Virus record (IMG/VR): IMGVR_UViG_3300028588_000015
Span: 32,001 to 96,000 of that record
Source of the DNA: a virus
Taxonomy: Duplodnaviria; Caudoviricetes
Length of the DNA: 64,000 nt
Strand: one strand, 5' to 3'
In this document: in pieces, positions 9,543 to 17,965 of the stretch
Position numbering within the stretch: the first letter of the stretch is position 1
Layout of the letters: each line of letters opens with the position of its first letter
Position numbers and translations under genes: made by a program
Notes under the pieces: generated by a model
The model's database searches: none
The model's input: the letters and a program-made list of their open reading frames with translations, nothing else
What the model was told of the DNA's origin: nothing

Positions 9543-10001
9543 CTAATGGACCCAGTATGGTGGAATGTACACCGTAATCTCGATCGGCAAGGGATCGAGA
9601 ATCTTGCGTACGACTGGTTCGACTTCTTCCCACCACAGTAACCCACCATTTCCACACCCTGGCGGTGGCATCGCCATCGAGGTAATGCCGTACTCTTCAT
9701 ACTTGGCCGCAATGTCCTTCAATGCGGTTCGCACCCACTCCACTTTGGAGGGAAACCGCCAGTGCTGCTTCGTGGGCATGCAAAGAATCTTGACACCCGA
9801 TACATCATCGTAAATGAAATTGCGATGTTTCATGAAGAAGTAGTCACGACATGCACGCTTGTACGCTTGAAACATATCTGGGTAGCGGGCTTTGAATTCT
9901 TTGGCCACACCCGCCCCCATGACACCCACGGTATTGACAGTACATACCAAGGTTTGCGCTTTACTGCTAAACAGATCACCACCTACGATGGATACCGGCA
10001 C
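9543..10001 (-). CDS. Stand-alone DarG-like macrodomain (ADP-ribose glycohydrolase)
   Basis: TVNTVGVMGAGVAKEFKARYP, PTKQHWR..S..EW and SMAMPPPGCGNGGLLW match the DarG-type macrodomain signature. Confidence 0.88.
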   Translation of the reverse strand: MPVSIVGGDLFSSKAQTLVCTVNTVGVMGAGVAKEFKARYPDMFQAYKRACRDYFFMKHRNFIYDDVSGVKILCMPTKQHWRFPSKVEWVRTALKDIAAKYEEYGITSMAMPPPGCGNGGLLWWEEVEPVVRKILDPLPIEITVYIPPYWVH

Positions 10002-10026
10002 AATCTCTCCTTACCGATTAAACTAC

Positions 10027-10479
10027 TTACACTGGTGGCAGTGCTGCACTGTCACGCGCTTGTTTTTCTTTGCACTCTTGAAGAATGATCTCACACTGCT
10101 CACGGGTATGTGACATGAACGTTTTAAAGTTCTCTCCCGTGTACTTCAATACATCAAACGCCATGAAATCTTTCAAGCGTCGTTGGAAACCACCCCCGAC
10201 AGAACTGTTCTCTGCCGGGTGTAGTAACATAGGCGCAAGTGGGCTGACGCCAGGTTGTTCGTGGTCGAAAATCCTGAAGATTGTTTCGTAACGTTCCCGC
10301 ATGAGCAGTTGCGTGTCCGACGACAACAGTTTTGGTGTCTTTTGCAAAACACTGGCAATCTCTTCACGGATTGCCAGTGCAAAGTGCTTATGCTCACCAA
10401 AACTCGATTGCGCTATGTGTATCCTGCCAGGCCCTAGTCCCGCAGCCCCAGACGTGCTACCTTCTGGAGCAGAAGGATA
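10027..10479 (-). CDS. Downstream ORF probably reached by -1 frameshift (GT-like extension)
   Basis: The frame of the 10027-10347 ORF stays open for 44 more codons, up to the T7 run at 10479-10485, with no ATG/GTG/TTG; it is the -1 frame of the upstream gene. Confidence 0.6.
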   Translation of the reverse strand, partial: YPSAPEGSTSGAAGLGPGRIHIAQSSFGEHKHFALAIREEIASVLQKTPKLLSSDTQLLMRERYETIFRIFDHEQPGVSPLAPMLLHPAENSSVGGGFQRRLKDFMAFDVLKYTGENFKTFMSHTREQCEIILQECKEKQARDSAALPPV

Positions 10480-11939
10480 AAAAAAGTCGACATCGTGTCC
10501 AGTACCAGATAGTTCGGGAACTGTTGCATCTTGTTCGACGATTCGTCGTAGTCACCTCGGGTCACTGCCACCACCGAAATGGTGGAGTCTTCTGCGAACT
10601 TTTGGATATGGTCGAAGAAGGCTTCGTTGTGTTCGTCCGAACCGCTGTACACATCGAGATTGTTGTCGATGTCTTCGCGGTCGTCGATCACGTCCGAGCC
10701 AAGGTGGATGGCCTTGACCCAGTGGCCGAACTGGCGCACGTTGGTGGCTTTGCCGAGCTTTTCGATGTGTTCGATGCGCTTGGTTTCATTGGCAGCCAGG
10801 CCGAGCGCCTTGTCGACCATCGTCGAGATGCCGTTGACCCACTTGTTACCGCTCTCGAGGTAATCGGCGATCGATGGCACAGCGAGTTCGAAGGCGAGGT
10901 TCTCGTTCACCGTGACGCGGCGGGTGGCGCCGCGCAGGAACTGTTCACGGTAGAGACGAATGGTTTCGAGGTTCACCTTCTGGCCGCGTTGCTTGGCCAT
11001 GTGGTTGCGCTGGCGGTCCGTCAGGGCCAGGTTGTCGGTGATTTGTAGGCCGCCCAGTTTCAGCAGGCCGCTTTCTTCGATGTACGAACCATCTTCCGGT
11101 TTGATCTTGGTTCGGCTGTAGGGGAAACCCTGCGGCCAGATCGTGTAGGCCAGACCCCAGATCAGGATCGGCAGGTCCAGGCAGCTGATGACTTGGTGGT
11201 ACGAGCGTTCGTTTTCGATCAGGTTGCTGTCGTGGATATGGTCGATTACGAAGTCGGCGAGGATGCCGGCGAAGATGGCCGAGTTGTTACCGAAGACGAC
11301 ACCATGGGTGGCGCGGCCAAGATTTGCCTTCTCTTCGGTTAGGCGTCGTTCCAGCTCGACCAGTTCGGTTTCTTCCGGAGCCATGAGGGTGACCCAGATG
11401 CCGGTGTGGTACAGCGGAAAGCTGAAGGTCGTGCCTTGGCCGGTGGCTTGGCGCATGCGCATCATGGCGGCTTCGCCGGTCAGCTTCTTGCCATCGCCCG
11501 CAAGCCAGTTGCGCGTGCTCGCCGCCAGTTTACCGTTTTCGCTCGGCACTTCCTGCATCCAGAAGCTCCCCGGACGGTAGGTGACTTCGGAATACCAACT
11601 GGCCGCCGGCAGCATGAACAGCGATTCACGGAAGCTTTCCATGAACTTGCGACCGGACTCGGATTTGGCGTAATCCTGGTTCGGCATCTGGTTCAGCTTG
11701 TCGACAGTTTCGTTGCGCGTTTCGTTCGGGACTTGGAGCCGCACGCTGTCCGGGCGCGGTTCTTTGGTCGGTTCGATGAAGATGTCGCGGGTTTGTTCAC
11801 CGGTGGGCGTTACCGCCGGAGTTTCGGGCACGTCGGTTTTGGCGATGCTGTCGGCGCCCGTGATCGGATACGTGGTCGTCAAACCGTTATTCGTATCTTC
11901 GACTTTGAGCGAGCCAGCTCGATTTTCTTGTTCGGACAC
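10434..11939 (-). CDS. Conserved phiKZ-type protein (gp77-like by synteny), candidate tail/baseplate assembly chaperone
   Basis: GTG start at 11939 behind an AGGAG RBS gives 501 aa; ends STFFILL...; the N-terminal 44 aa in the ORF track are an overlap artefact. Confidence 0.7.
   Translation of the reverse strand: MSEQENRAGSLKVEDTNNGLTTTYPITGADSIAKTDVPETPAVTPTGEQTRDIFIEPTKEPRPDSVRLQVPNETRNETVDKLNQMPNQDYAKSESGRKFMESFRESLFMLPAASWYSEVTYRPGSFWMQEVPSENGKLAASTRNWLAGDGKKLTGEAAMMRMRQATGQGTTFSFPLYHTGIWVTLMAPEETELVELERRLTEEKANLGRATHGVVFGNNSAIFAGILADFVIDHIHDSNLIENERSYHQVISCLDLPILIWGLAYTIWPQGFPYSRTKIKPEDGSYIEESGLLKLGGLQITDNLALTDRQRNHMAKQRGQKVNLETIRLYREQFLRGATRRVTVNENLAFELAVPSIADYLESGNKWVNGISTMVDKALGLAANETKRIEHIEKLGKATNVRQFGHWVKAIHLGSDVIDDREDIDNNLDVYSGSDEHNEAFFDHIQKFAEDSTISVVAVTRGDYDESSNKMQQFPNYLVLDTMSTFFILLLQKVARLGLRD
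10460..10485 (-). promoter_or_regulatory. Putative -1 ribosomal frameshift signal (T TTT TTT plus 3-prime hairpin)
   Basis: Minus strand reads ACT TTT TTT AT CCTTCTG-CTC-CAGAAGG: an in-phase heptamer and a 7-bp hairpin. Confidence 0.6.
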
Positions 11940-11944
11940 GGCAA

Positions 11945-12769
11945 TTACTCCTGGGTGATGACGGTATGAACGAGTTCGCCTTGTTCGTTTGTGGTGACAA
12001 TGGCGATGCTGGTCTTGTCTTCGCCGGCGCCCGGATCGATGCCGACAGCACTTTGGTTGCTGTTCTTCCAAGCGGCTTCGTCAATCTGGAAGATAGGTGA
12101 GTTCATGCCGCGCGGCAGCGGCGGCACAGCTTCCTTCGTCTCGGTGGCTTCTACCGTCGAGATGCCTTGGGCTTCCAGTTCAGCCGTCTTGGCCGCTTCG
12201 GCGTCCGCCATCTTCTTCATCAGGATACGACGACCTTCGTCGTACATGGCACCCAGTTCGGTGATGGTGCGTTCCAGAATGCCTTCCATCTTGGCCTGCC
12301 ATGCGGCGTAGTGTTCGGCGATCTCGATACCGGCGAAGGTTTCGCGCGGGCTGGTCTTGTCGTCGCCGCGGTGTGCGTGTAGGTCGTGGATGGCGTCCAG
12401 TTCCGACTTCAGGGTCTTGATGTCGTTTTCCAGGATGCGTACGCGGTCGGTGAACTGCCCTTGGTCCACGATGTGCATGCGGATGTTGGCGTCGCTCAGT
12501 TCTTGTGCGACTTTGATGCCGATGCCGGCCAAGCCTTGGTTCGATTTGGTGTACAGCTTTTCCAGATCGGACCACAGTTCGCTGTTGTTGCCGCTCAGGG
12601 CTTTCTCTTCTTCGACCTGGCTCAGGCGCGCCAGTTCTTCACGGCGCATTTTTTCCAGCGGGTCTTTGTCGGCTTCTTGGGCAGCGCCGCGTGCTGCTTC
12701 TTTTTGCGCCGACATGGCGCGGGCTTGTTGTGCATCCCGTGCGAGACGGCTATTGCTTTTCTTGGTCAT
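11945..12769 (-). CDS. Coiled-coil hypothetical protein
   Basis: ATG at 12769 behind GGAG; helical, A/E/K-rich; strong codon bias. Confidence 0.7.
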   Translation of the reverse strand: MTKKSNSRLARDAQQARAMSAQKEAARGAAQEADKDPLEKMRREELARLSQVEEEKALSGNNSELWSDLEKLYTKSNQGLAGIGIKVAQELSDANIRMHIVDQGQFTDRVRILENDIKTLKSELDAIHDLHAHRGDDKTSPRETFAGIEIAEHYAAWQAKMEGILERTITELGAMYDEGRRILMKKMADAEAAKTAELEAQGISTVEATETKEAVPPLPRGMNSPIFQIDEAAWKNSNQSAVGIDPGAGEDKTSIAIVTTNEQGELVHTVITQE

Positions 12770-12939
12770 GTCTGACTCCAAATGGTTTTGTAAGAAATGA
12801 ACGCAAATCATCTGACTCCAGGATGGAGATGCAGTATAAGGATTTGCGGTATTCGGTGATGCGTGTTTAACAAAAAATCAGCAGTCTCCGCTACTCTATT
12901 TCAATCATCAATATTTTTCGACATACATTGGAGCAACAC

Positions 12940-13773
12940 ATGCTCGACATGCATTCTAAGTTCTTGACGGACGCAACGACCGCAGAAATGAAGGTCGTGA
13001 TTGACAAGGCGTACGCTATTTTATCGGTGATGGGCAATTCCGGACTTGACGATAGTCTGGAAGAAATCATCATGCTCGACAGCATCAGCGACACGGGCGA
13101 GACGGTCACACGCATTACTAATATGTTGCGCGATATGCAAGACACTTTGCTGGTGCAACACGAAGTCTACGTGGTTGACGGCACGCCACTGGATGTCACT
13201 ACGTCGCTACTGGAAGGCCTCTTGGCGCTACCTGAGTACGAGGACATGGCCACAGTCTACCGCATCGCCACGCTTGACCAAGATCCCGTGGAGGGCTTTT
13301 GCCAAGCCATGCAATTAGTCACGCCGTACGCAGCCGACAATCTCGTCATGAGTTTGGAAAGCGTTGGCGGTAGCTTGTTGCGCCGGATGCGGGAAATTGC
13401 AGGCACCCGTGAAGAAGAAATGCTCTCGGAAGAAGAGCGCATCGAACGGGCCAGCCACATCAGCAAGATCAACCAGTTCTGCCGTTATACCCGTTCCCGT
13501 CATTACCGCATGATTGATATGCTCCAAGATGGCTGGAGTGTCGGGTATCCATTCACTGTGTACGCCGACGATGTGGGTCGGGAGTTCGAAGGGGTGGTGC
13601 CAGAACAAATCGCCAAAGAAATGATCCTGATGGCGTTCGCATCCAGCGACGGTGCAGTTAACCCGCGCGCGGTTATCAAACCCAACATGGAACGTTACAT
13701 TGCCAGCATGAACGTAATGACTCGGGTCGATATCGAAGTCAACAAGCTGTTACAAGGATTTGAACATGAATAA
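12940..13773 (+). CDS. Probable virion structural protein (phiKZ gp79-like by synteny)
   Basis: ATG behind GGAG; overlaps the start of the vRNAP gene. Confidence 0.6.
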   Translation: MLDMHSKFLTDATTAEMKVVIDKAYAILSVMGNSGLDDSLEEIIMLDSISDTGETVTRITNMLRDMQDTLLVQHEVYVVDGTPLDVTTSLLEGLLALPEYEDMATVYRIATLDQDPVEGFCQAMQLVTPYAADNLVMSLESVGGSLLRRMREIAGTREEEMLSEEERIERASHISKINQFCRYTRSRHYRMIDMLQDGWSVGYPFTVYADDVGREFEGVVPEQIAKEMILMAFASSDGAVNPRAVIKPNMERYIASMNVMTRVDIEVNKLLQGFEHE

Positions 13774-15073
13774 GCGCGAGTTTTTCTTGAAAGCCATGCG
13801 CGCTGACGAGTACAAGCGCCGAGCTTGGGTCATCAGCGCGTTCAGCCTGATCAACGAAGGCGGCGAGCAGTGGAAGACCGATCCGTATCCTTACCGGGTG
13901 GTCCAGATGCCCACTGGCCACTTCTTTGTGGACCCGGAAAATGAGGGGCAACTTACCAAGATCGATGACGCCAAAACGGGTGAGCCGCCGTTCTCCTTCA
14001 AAGAACGCATCCCGCTGAAGAAGGGCGACATGCCCAATGTCGGTATGGACATCGACACCAATTACGGTAATGTGCTCGTCAATTACTTGTTGCTGGTGTA
14101 CCCGTTTGGTCACAAGGTGCCGTTCTTGACCGGTAAGATCAAATCACGTCAGGTCGAACAGATCATTCGGGAACGCCTCATGGATACACCCCCGGCGGAC
14201 CAAGCCCGGGATGACAAGTTCCTCTACGTCGACGAATACAAGAAGTTCGCCAATGCTGCATTTGCACTGGTGGCATACACCCAGTTGTGCGTACCCGCTG
14301 CCACGGAAAAGACCATGACCCCGGCTGAGGGCATTCGTGAATTCCGAGACAAGCTGTACGCTGAAAATGCCGGGAAGCTGCACGACCCGGTGGTGATGGC
14401 CAAGATCGACGCGGCCTTGGTGCAGTATGACCGCGATTGGCTCAAAGGCGACCGGGGTGCCGACTATCTCATTTCTGACAAGTCGCTCACCATCGTGCGT
14501 AAGAAACTCTTCAGCACCTTGGGTGCTGAAGGCGGCCTGTCTGACAGTATTGCGGTGAATCCGATCCAGACCTCACTGGAAGAAGGCTGGGACGCTGAAC
14601 GCTTCCCACAGATGAATGACACGCACCGCGCCGGTTCCTTTAACCGCGGTCACTTGACCATGCTCGGCGGCGAATCGGTGAAGTGGCTCTTGCGTGCGTC
14701 GTCCAACATTAACATCGTCAAGGGCGACTGCGGTAGCAAGATTGGCCGCCAGCTGGACATTACCCCGGACACGGTAGGTATGTTACCGGGTTTTAGTATT
14801 GTGGGAAAAGATGGCCCGATCGCCATTCCTGATAAGGAAGCCGCCCAACAATACCTGGGCAAGAAAGTCATCTTGCGTACGCCCCAGTATTGCAAACTCA
14901 AACTTACTGACTTTTGCGAATGCTGTGTGGGTGTGCGTTTGTCAGCCAATCCGAAAGGTGCATCAGTTGCTGTCGCTCAGTACGGCAGTACCCTGATGTA
15001 TATCTTTATGGCAGCGGGACATGGCAAGGCCATGACATTGGCTAAATTCGACTGGAAGAAAGACATTTTCTAA
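13766..15073 (+). CDS. Virion RNA polymerase beta-prime subunit part (phiKZ gp80-like)
   Basis: SLEEGW, RAGSFNRGHLTMLGGESVKWLLR (bridge helix), GDCGS, LRTPQYCK and FCECCVG Zn motifs. Confidence 0.8.
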   Translation: MNKREFFLKAMRADEYKRRAWVISAFSLINEGGEQWKTDPYPYRVVQMPTGHFFVDPENEGQLTKIDDAKTGEPPFSFKERIPLKKGDMPNVGMDIDTNYGNVLVNYLLLVYPFGHKVPFLTGKIKSRQVEQIIRERLMDTPPADQARDDKFLYVDEYKKFANAAFALVAYTQLCVPAATEKTMTPAEGIREFRDKLYAENAGKLHDPVVMAKIDAALVQYDRDWLKGDRGADYLISDKSLTIVRKKLFSTLGAEGGLSDSIAVNPIQTSLEEGWDAERFPQMNDTHRAGSFNRGHLTMLGGESVKWLLRASSNINIVKGDCGSKIGRQLDITPDTVGMLPGFSIVGKDGPIAIPDKEAAQQYLGKKVILRTPQYCKLKLTDFCECCVGVRLSANPKGASVAVAQYGSTLMYIFMAAGHGKAMTLAKFDWKKDIF

Positions 15074-15090
15074 GTAAATAATTACTTTAT

Positions 15091-15127
15091 ACTCCGTATT
15101 GTTATGTAAGTTAACTAAATACGGAGT
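15091..15127 (+). promoter_or_regulatory. RBS-sequestering hairpin with a TATG late-promoter core in the loop
   Basis: ACTCCGTATT (15091-15100) pairs with AATACGGAGT (15118-15127), which contains the GGAG RBS of the HNH gene; TATG is at 15103-15106. Confidence 0.65.
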
Positions 15128-15133
15128 CTTACC

Positions 15134-16135
15134 TTGACAGTTAAAAATAAACCAATTAAACCAAAAGGTTTTTACGATGTGCCAGGAAATGATCTGGTTT
15201 GGATTGCCCGTGATGGTAGATGCCTAAGTCGGATCACGGGTAATCCCATTAAGGTCCGTGTAAATGAAGCGGGCTATAAAGTAATGGTGGTATACAGCGG
15301 TCAGGGATGTAACCGAGTAGAAAACTTCTACCATCACAGATTGCTGGCGTTAGCTTTCTTGGGGCGCCCACCACGTCATCTAGATAAGCCTTTCGAGGAG
15401 TTAGAGGTTAACCATCTTGATGGCAATAAATCCAATAACCAGCTTGTTAATCTTGAGTGGTGTACCCCAGAAGAAAATCTCGCCCACGCTGCTTTGTTGA
15501 ACTTGAGTAACTACGAGTTCGTCTTAGCGCGTGACATTCGTAATAATTCCATTCGCCGTTTCTGTGGTTCGACAGGATGCTCGGAGGCGTTTGGTGTAGG
15601 CTTTAAACGAATGAACCGGCATCTTCGTTCTAAATTAGCAGGCTATGTTACCAAGAATTGGCATGTGTTTAAATTGGACGATGGCTCCCCGTGGCCGGAA
15701 CTCCGCGACGAGCACTACTGTGAAAACAGTTGGGAATATCGTTTTGGTGTATGGGTAGCGTCGAGCGTTGAGGTGCCGGGGAAGAAAGTCATTGCCTCGA
15801 CTTTACAAGGACTCTGCAATTTGCTGGGGTTTCAGTTTACCACAGCACAGACTGCGTTGAATCGCAAAAAGAAAGGCACGCCATATTGTGGTTGGGTCAT
15901 TCTTTACGACGACTACAGTCTGGAGAAAGCGGTGGAAGAAGTGAACATCTACACTGAACGTGCAATCTTCCCGCCGAAAGATGTGACAGTAACCAACACC
16001 GATACTGGTGAAGTTAAAACCTTCTCTAGTCGCAAGATCGCCGCTGACTCACTCGGCATCCATCCGGATAAAATTCGTTACGCTATGAAGGCTAAAAATG
16101 GGTTAGTGGGTAATCTTCAATTTGTAGAAGCGTAG
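15134..16135 (+). mobile_element. Free-standing HNH homing endonuclease with C-terminal NUMOD1/IENR1-like repeats
   Basis: HHRLLALAFLG...EVNHLDGNKSNNQLVNLEWCTPEENLAHA; TTG start; visibly more AT-rich than the flanking genes. Confidence 0.9.
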
Positions 16136-16198
16136 GGATTATCTTCTAATCTTGTGAATCTCTTTTTTCAACACTGACTCCATCAACGAGGATCAATA

Positions 16199-17017
16199 AT
16201 GGGCAAGAACCAACAAAACAATTCGTTTTCCGGTAACAACAAAACTGCCACGCAAGGTGCCACCGATGCCACGACCAGCCCAACCACTGCCGGCAGCACT
16301 GCTGCTGGCAGCGCTCAAGACCAATCCGCAACCCAAGCCGTTCAATCCGCAGGAAGTGATGCGGGAGCAGCGCAAAGCGTTCAATCCGGGCCGGCTGATG
16401 GCGCAGGAAGCGCAGAAAGCAGCCACGCTGTTTCGAGCAGTGTACCGGGGGCAGACACTGTCGCAGACCAGGCAACCGGTGGTGTGGTGACTCCGCCCTA
16501 TCCGCGCGGCCAAACGCCGTACTTTCAGCACTTCGACGAACTTGCTGTCTTCGACCCCCTGCTCAGTGCCCGTCCCGACATCTCGGCACACGCCATCGGC
16601 CTGCTGCAAGACTTCGATGCCTACGTCGGTGCCATGCCGCCCACCAAGCCGATGTCGCAAGCGGAAGGCGCCACTCACCAGCGCCGCCTGTTCCGTACCT
16701 TGCAAGGTATCGTCAACGATCTCGACGGGATCGACTTCGAAGTCGCCTTCGGCCATGTGTTGGCCACCGTCGAAGCCAACGACAACCACGCGTTCGACGA
16801 CCTCGCCGTGTTCCGCTTCTTCGACGCCAAGGAAATGATCCTGCCGACCGAAGACCGCTTGGCCTTCCGCAACTTCCTGAACTTCCTGCTGAAGATCGCC
16901 CCGGCCAAGTCGCGTGCTACCGTGGCATCCCAAGTCAACCTGAACGCCACGTTCGCCAACCGCGCCTTCACGGACGCTGGTCGTTCGCGCGTGCAGGCAT
17001 ACTGCCGCATCGACTAA
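16199..17017 (+). CDS. Conserved hypothetical protein with a low-complexity N-terminus
   Basis: Q/A/S/T-rich first ~90 aa, then a globular domain with strong codon bias. Confidence 0.7.
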   Translation: MGKNQQNNSFSGNNKTATQGATDATTSPTTAGSTAAGSAQDQSATQAVQSAGSDAGAAQSVQSGPADGAGSAESSHAVSSSVPGADTVADQATGGVVTPPYPRGQTPYFQHFDELAVFDPLLSARPDISAHAIGLLQDFDAYVGAMPPTKPMSQAEGATHQRRLFRTLQGIVNDLDGIDFEVAFGHVLATVEANDNHAFDDLAVFRFFDAKEMILPTEDRLAFRNFLNFLLKIAPAKSRATVASQVNLNATFANRAFTDAGRSRVQAYCRID

Positions 17018-17089
17018 CCGACTGCGCGACGAAGCTGCCGCCCAACCCACGTGGCGGCTTCGTCCTTTCCTCCCATATTGGAGAAGAAA

Positions 17090-17914
17090 ATGCATCCAGC
17101 GATGCCGGCCTATTTCACACGCGGATACGTTCGCCAAGTGCAAATGGCCCTGAATGAGAAGACCAAAAGCACTCTCCCCACGACTGGTCGCTTTAATGCC
17201 GCGTGGGTGGTGGTACTGAAAAAATGTCAGATTCTGTGCGGTATTTTGCCGACCGGTAAGTACGACAGTATGACCCAGGCTGAACTCGAGCCTTTCATGA
17301 TGCGCAAGTATCTTCAGCCGCAGGATTACGACGACGTTGCCGAGTTACTTGGCTGCGACAGTGCGACGATCCTGGCTGTGGCCAAAACCTTTATGACGGG
17401 TTCTGGCTTCATCAGCAATGGTAAATGTCGCATTACGTTTAACCGTAATAAGTTCAGCCATGAACTGCGTAAACAGCGCTCAAACGGAGACATTGCCGCC
17501 TTGCACCGAAAGTACCCCTCGATTGTCTCGGACACGAGTGGCGGCTATCTGTGCGAAGAATATGAGTATATACGGTTCTGTGAAGCCATCGGAATCGATT
17601 CGTACAGTGCCATGAAGTCCACGCATTGGGGGATGTTCCAAATCCCTGGTGCCAACTACCGCCAGTGTGGTTACAGCACCTTGACGTCGTTCGGGGTTGA
17701 CATGCAGCAATCGGAACGCCATCAGTTGTTTGCGTTGGCAAGGTTTATCAAAGCGTCGCCAGTTCTGGCAAAGGCGCTCAAAGAAAAGAAGTGGGAAGAC
17801 TTCTGTCGTGAGTATGCGGGTGCTGGATACAAGACGTACCAGTTTCACCTGATCCTCGCCGCCAACTACAAAGACTTGAGCCTGATCAAGATGCGCACCA
17901 AGACGCCCGCGTGA
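17090..17914 (+). CDS. PG-binding domain plus DUF3380-type N-acetylmuramidase-like protein, possibly inactive
   Basis: PGBD-like N-terminus; ILAVAKTFMTGSGF...ITFNRNKF, WGMFQIPGANY, DMQQSERHQL, W..F..EYAG.GY. Confidence 0.7.
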   Translation: MHPAMPAYFTRGYVRQVQMALNEKTKSTLPTTGRFNAAWVVVLKKCQILCGILPTGKYDSMTQAELEPFMMRKYLQPQDYDDVAELLGCDSATILAVAKTFMTGSGFISNGKCRITFNRNKFSHELRKQRSNGDIAALHRKYPSIVSDTSGGYLCEEYEYIRFCEAIGIDSYSAMKSTHWGMFQIPGANYRQCGYSTLTSFGVDMQQSERHQLFALARFIKASPVLAKALKEKKWEDFCREYAGAGYKTYQFHLILAANYKDLSLIKMRTKTPA

Positions 17915-17965
17915 GCGGCATAAAGGGAGAAGCTTTCGCCTCTCCCGTTTTTTCTTTTATGCCGC
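17915..17965. terminator. Bidirectional terminator with GCGGCATAAA/TTTATGCCGC outer repeat
   Basis: GGGAGA/TCTCCC inner stem between convergent genes. Confidence 0.7.

Noticed and set aside
11940-12071. 44-aa R/H-rich N-terminal extension of the 545-aa ORF
   Set aside because: Overlaps the upstream gene out of frame; a GTG with an AGGAG RBS at 11939 is the better start.
13766-17017. Group I intron interrupting the vRNAP gene around the HNH
   Set aside because: The RNAP ORF ends cleanly, the gene after the HNH is not RNAP-like, and I found no intron core elements; the HNH appears free-standing.
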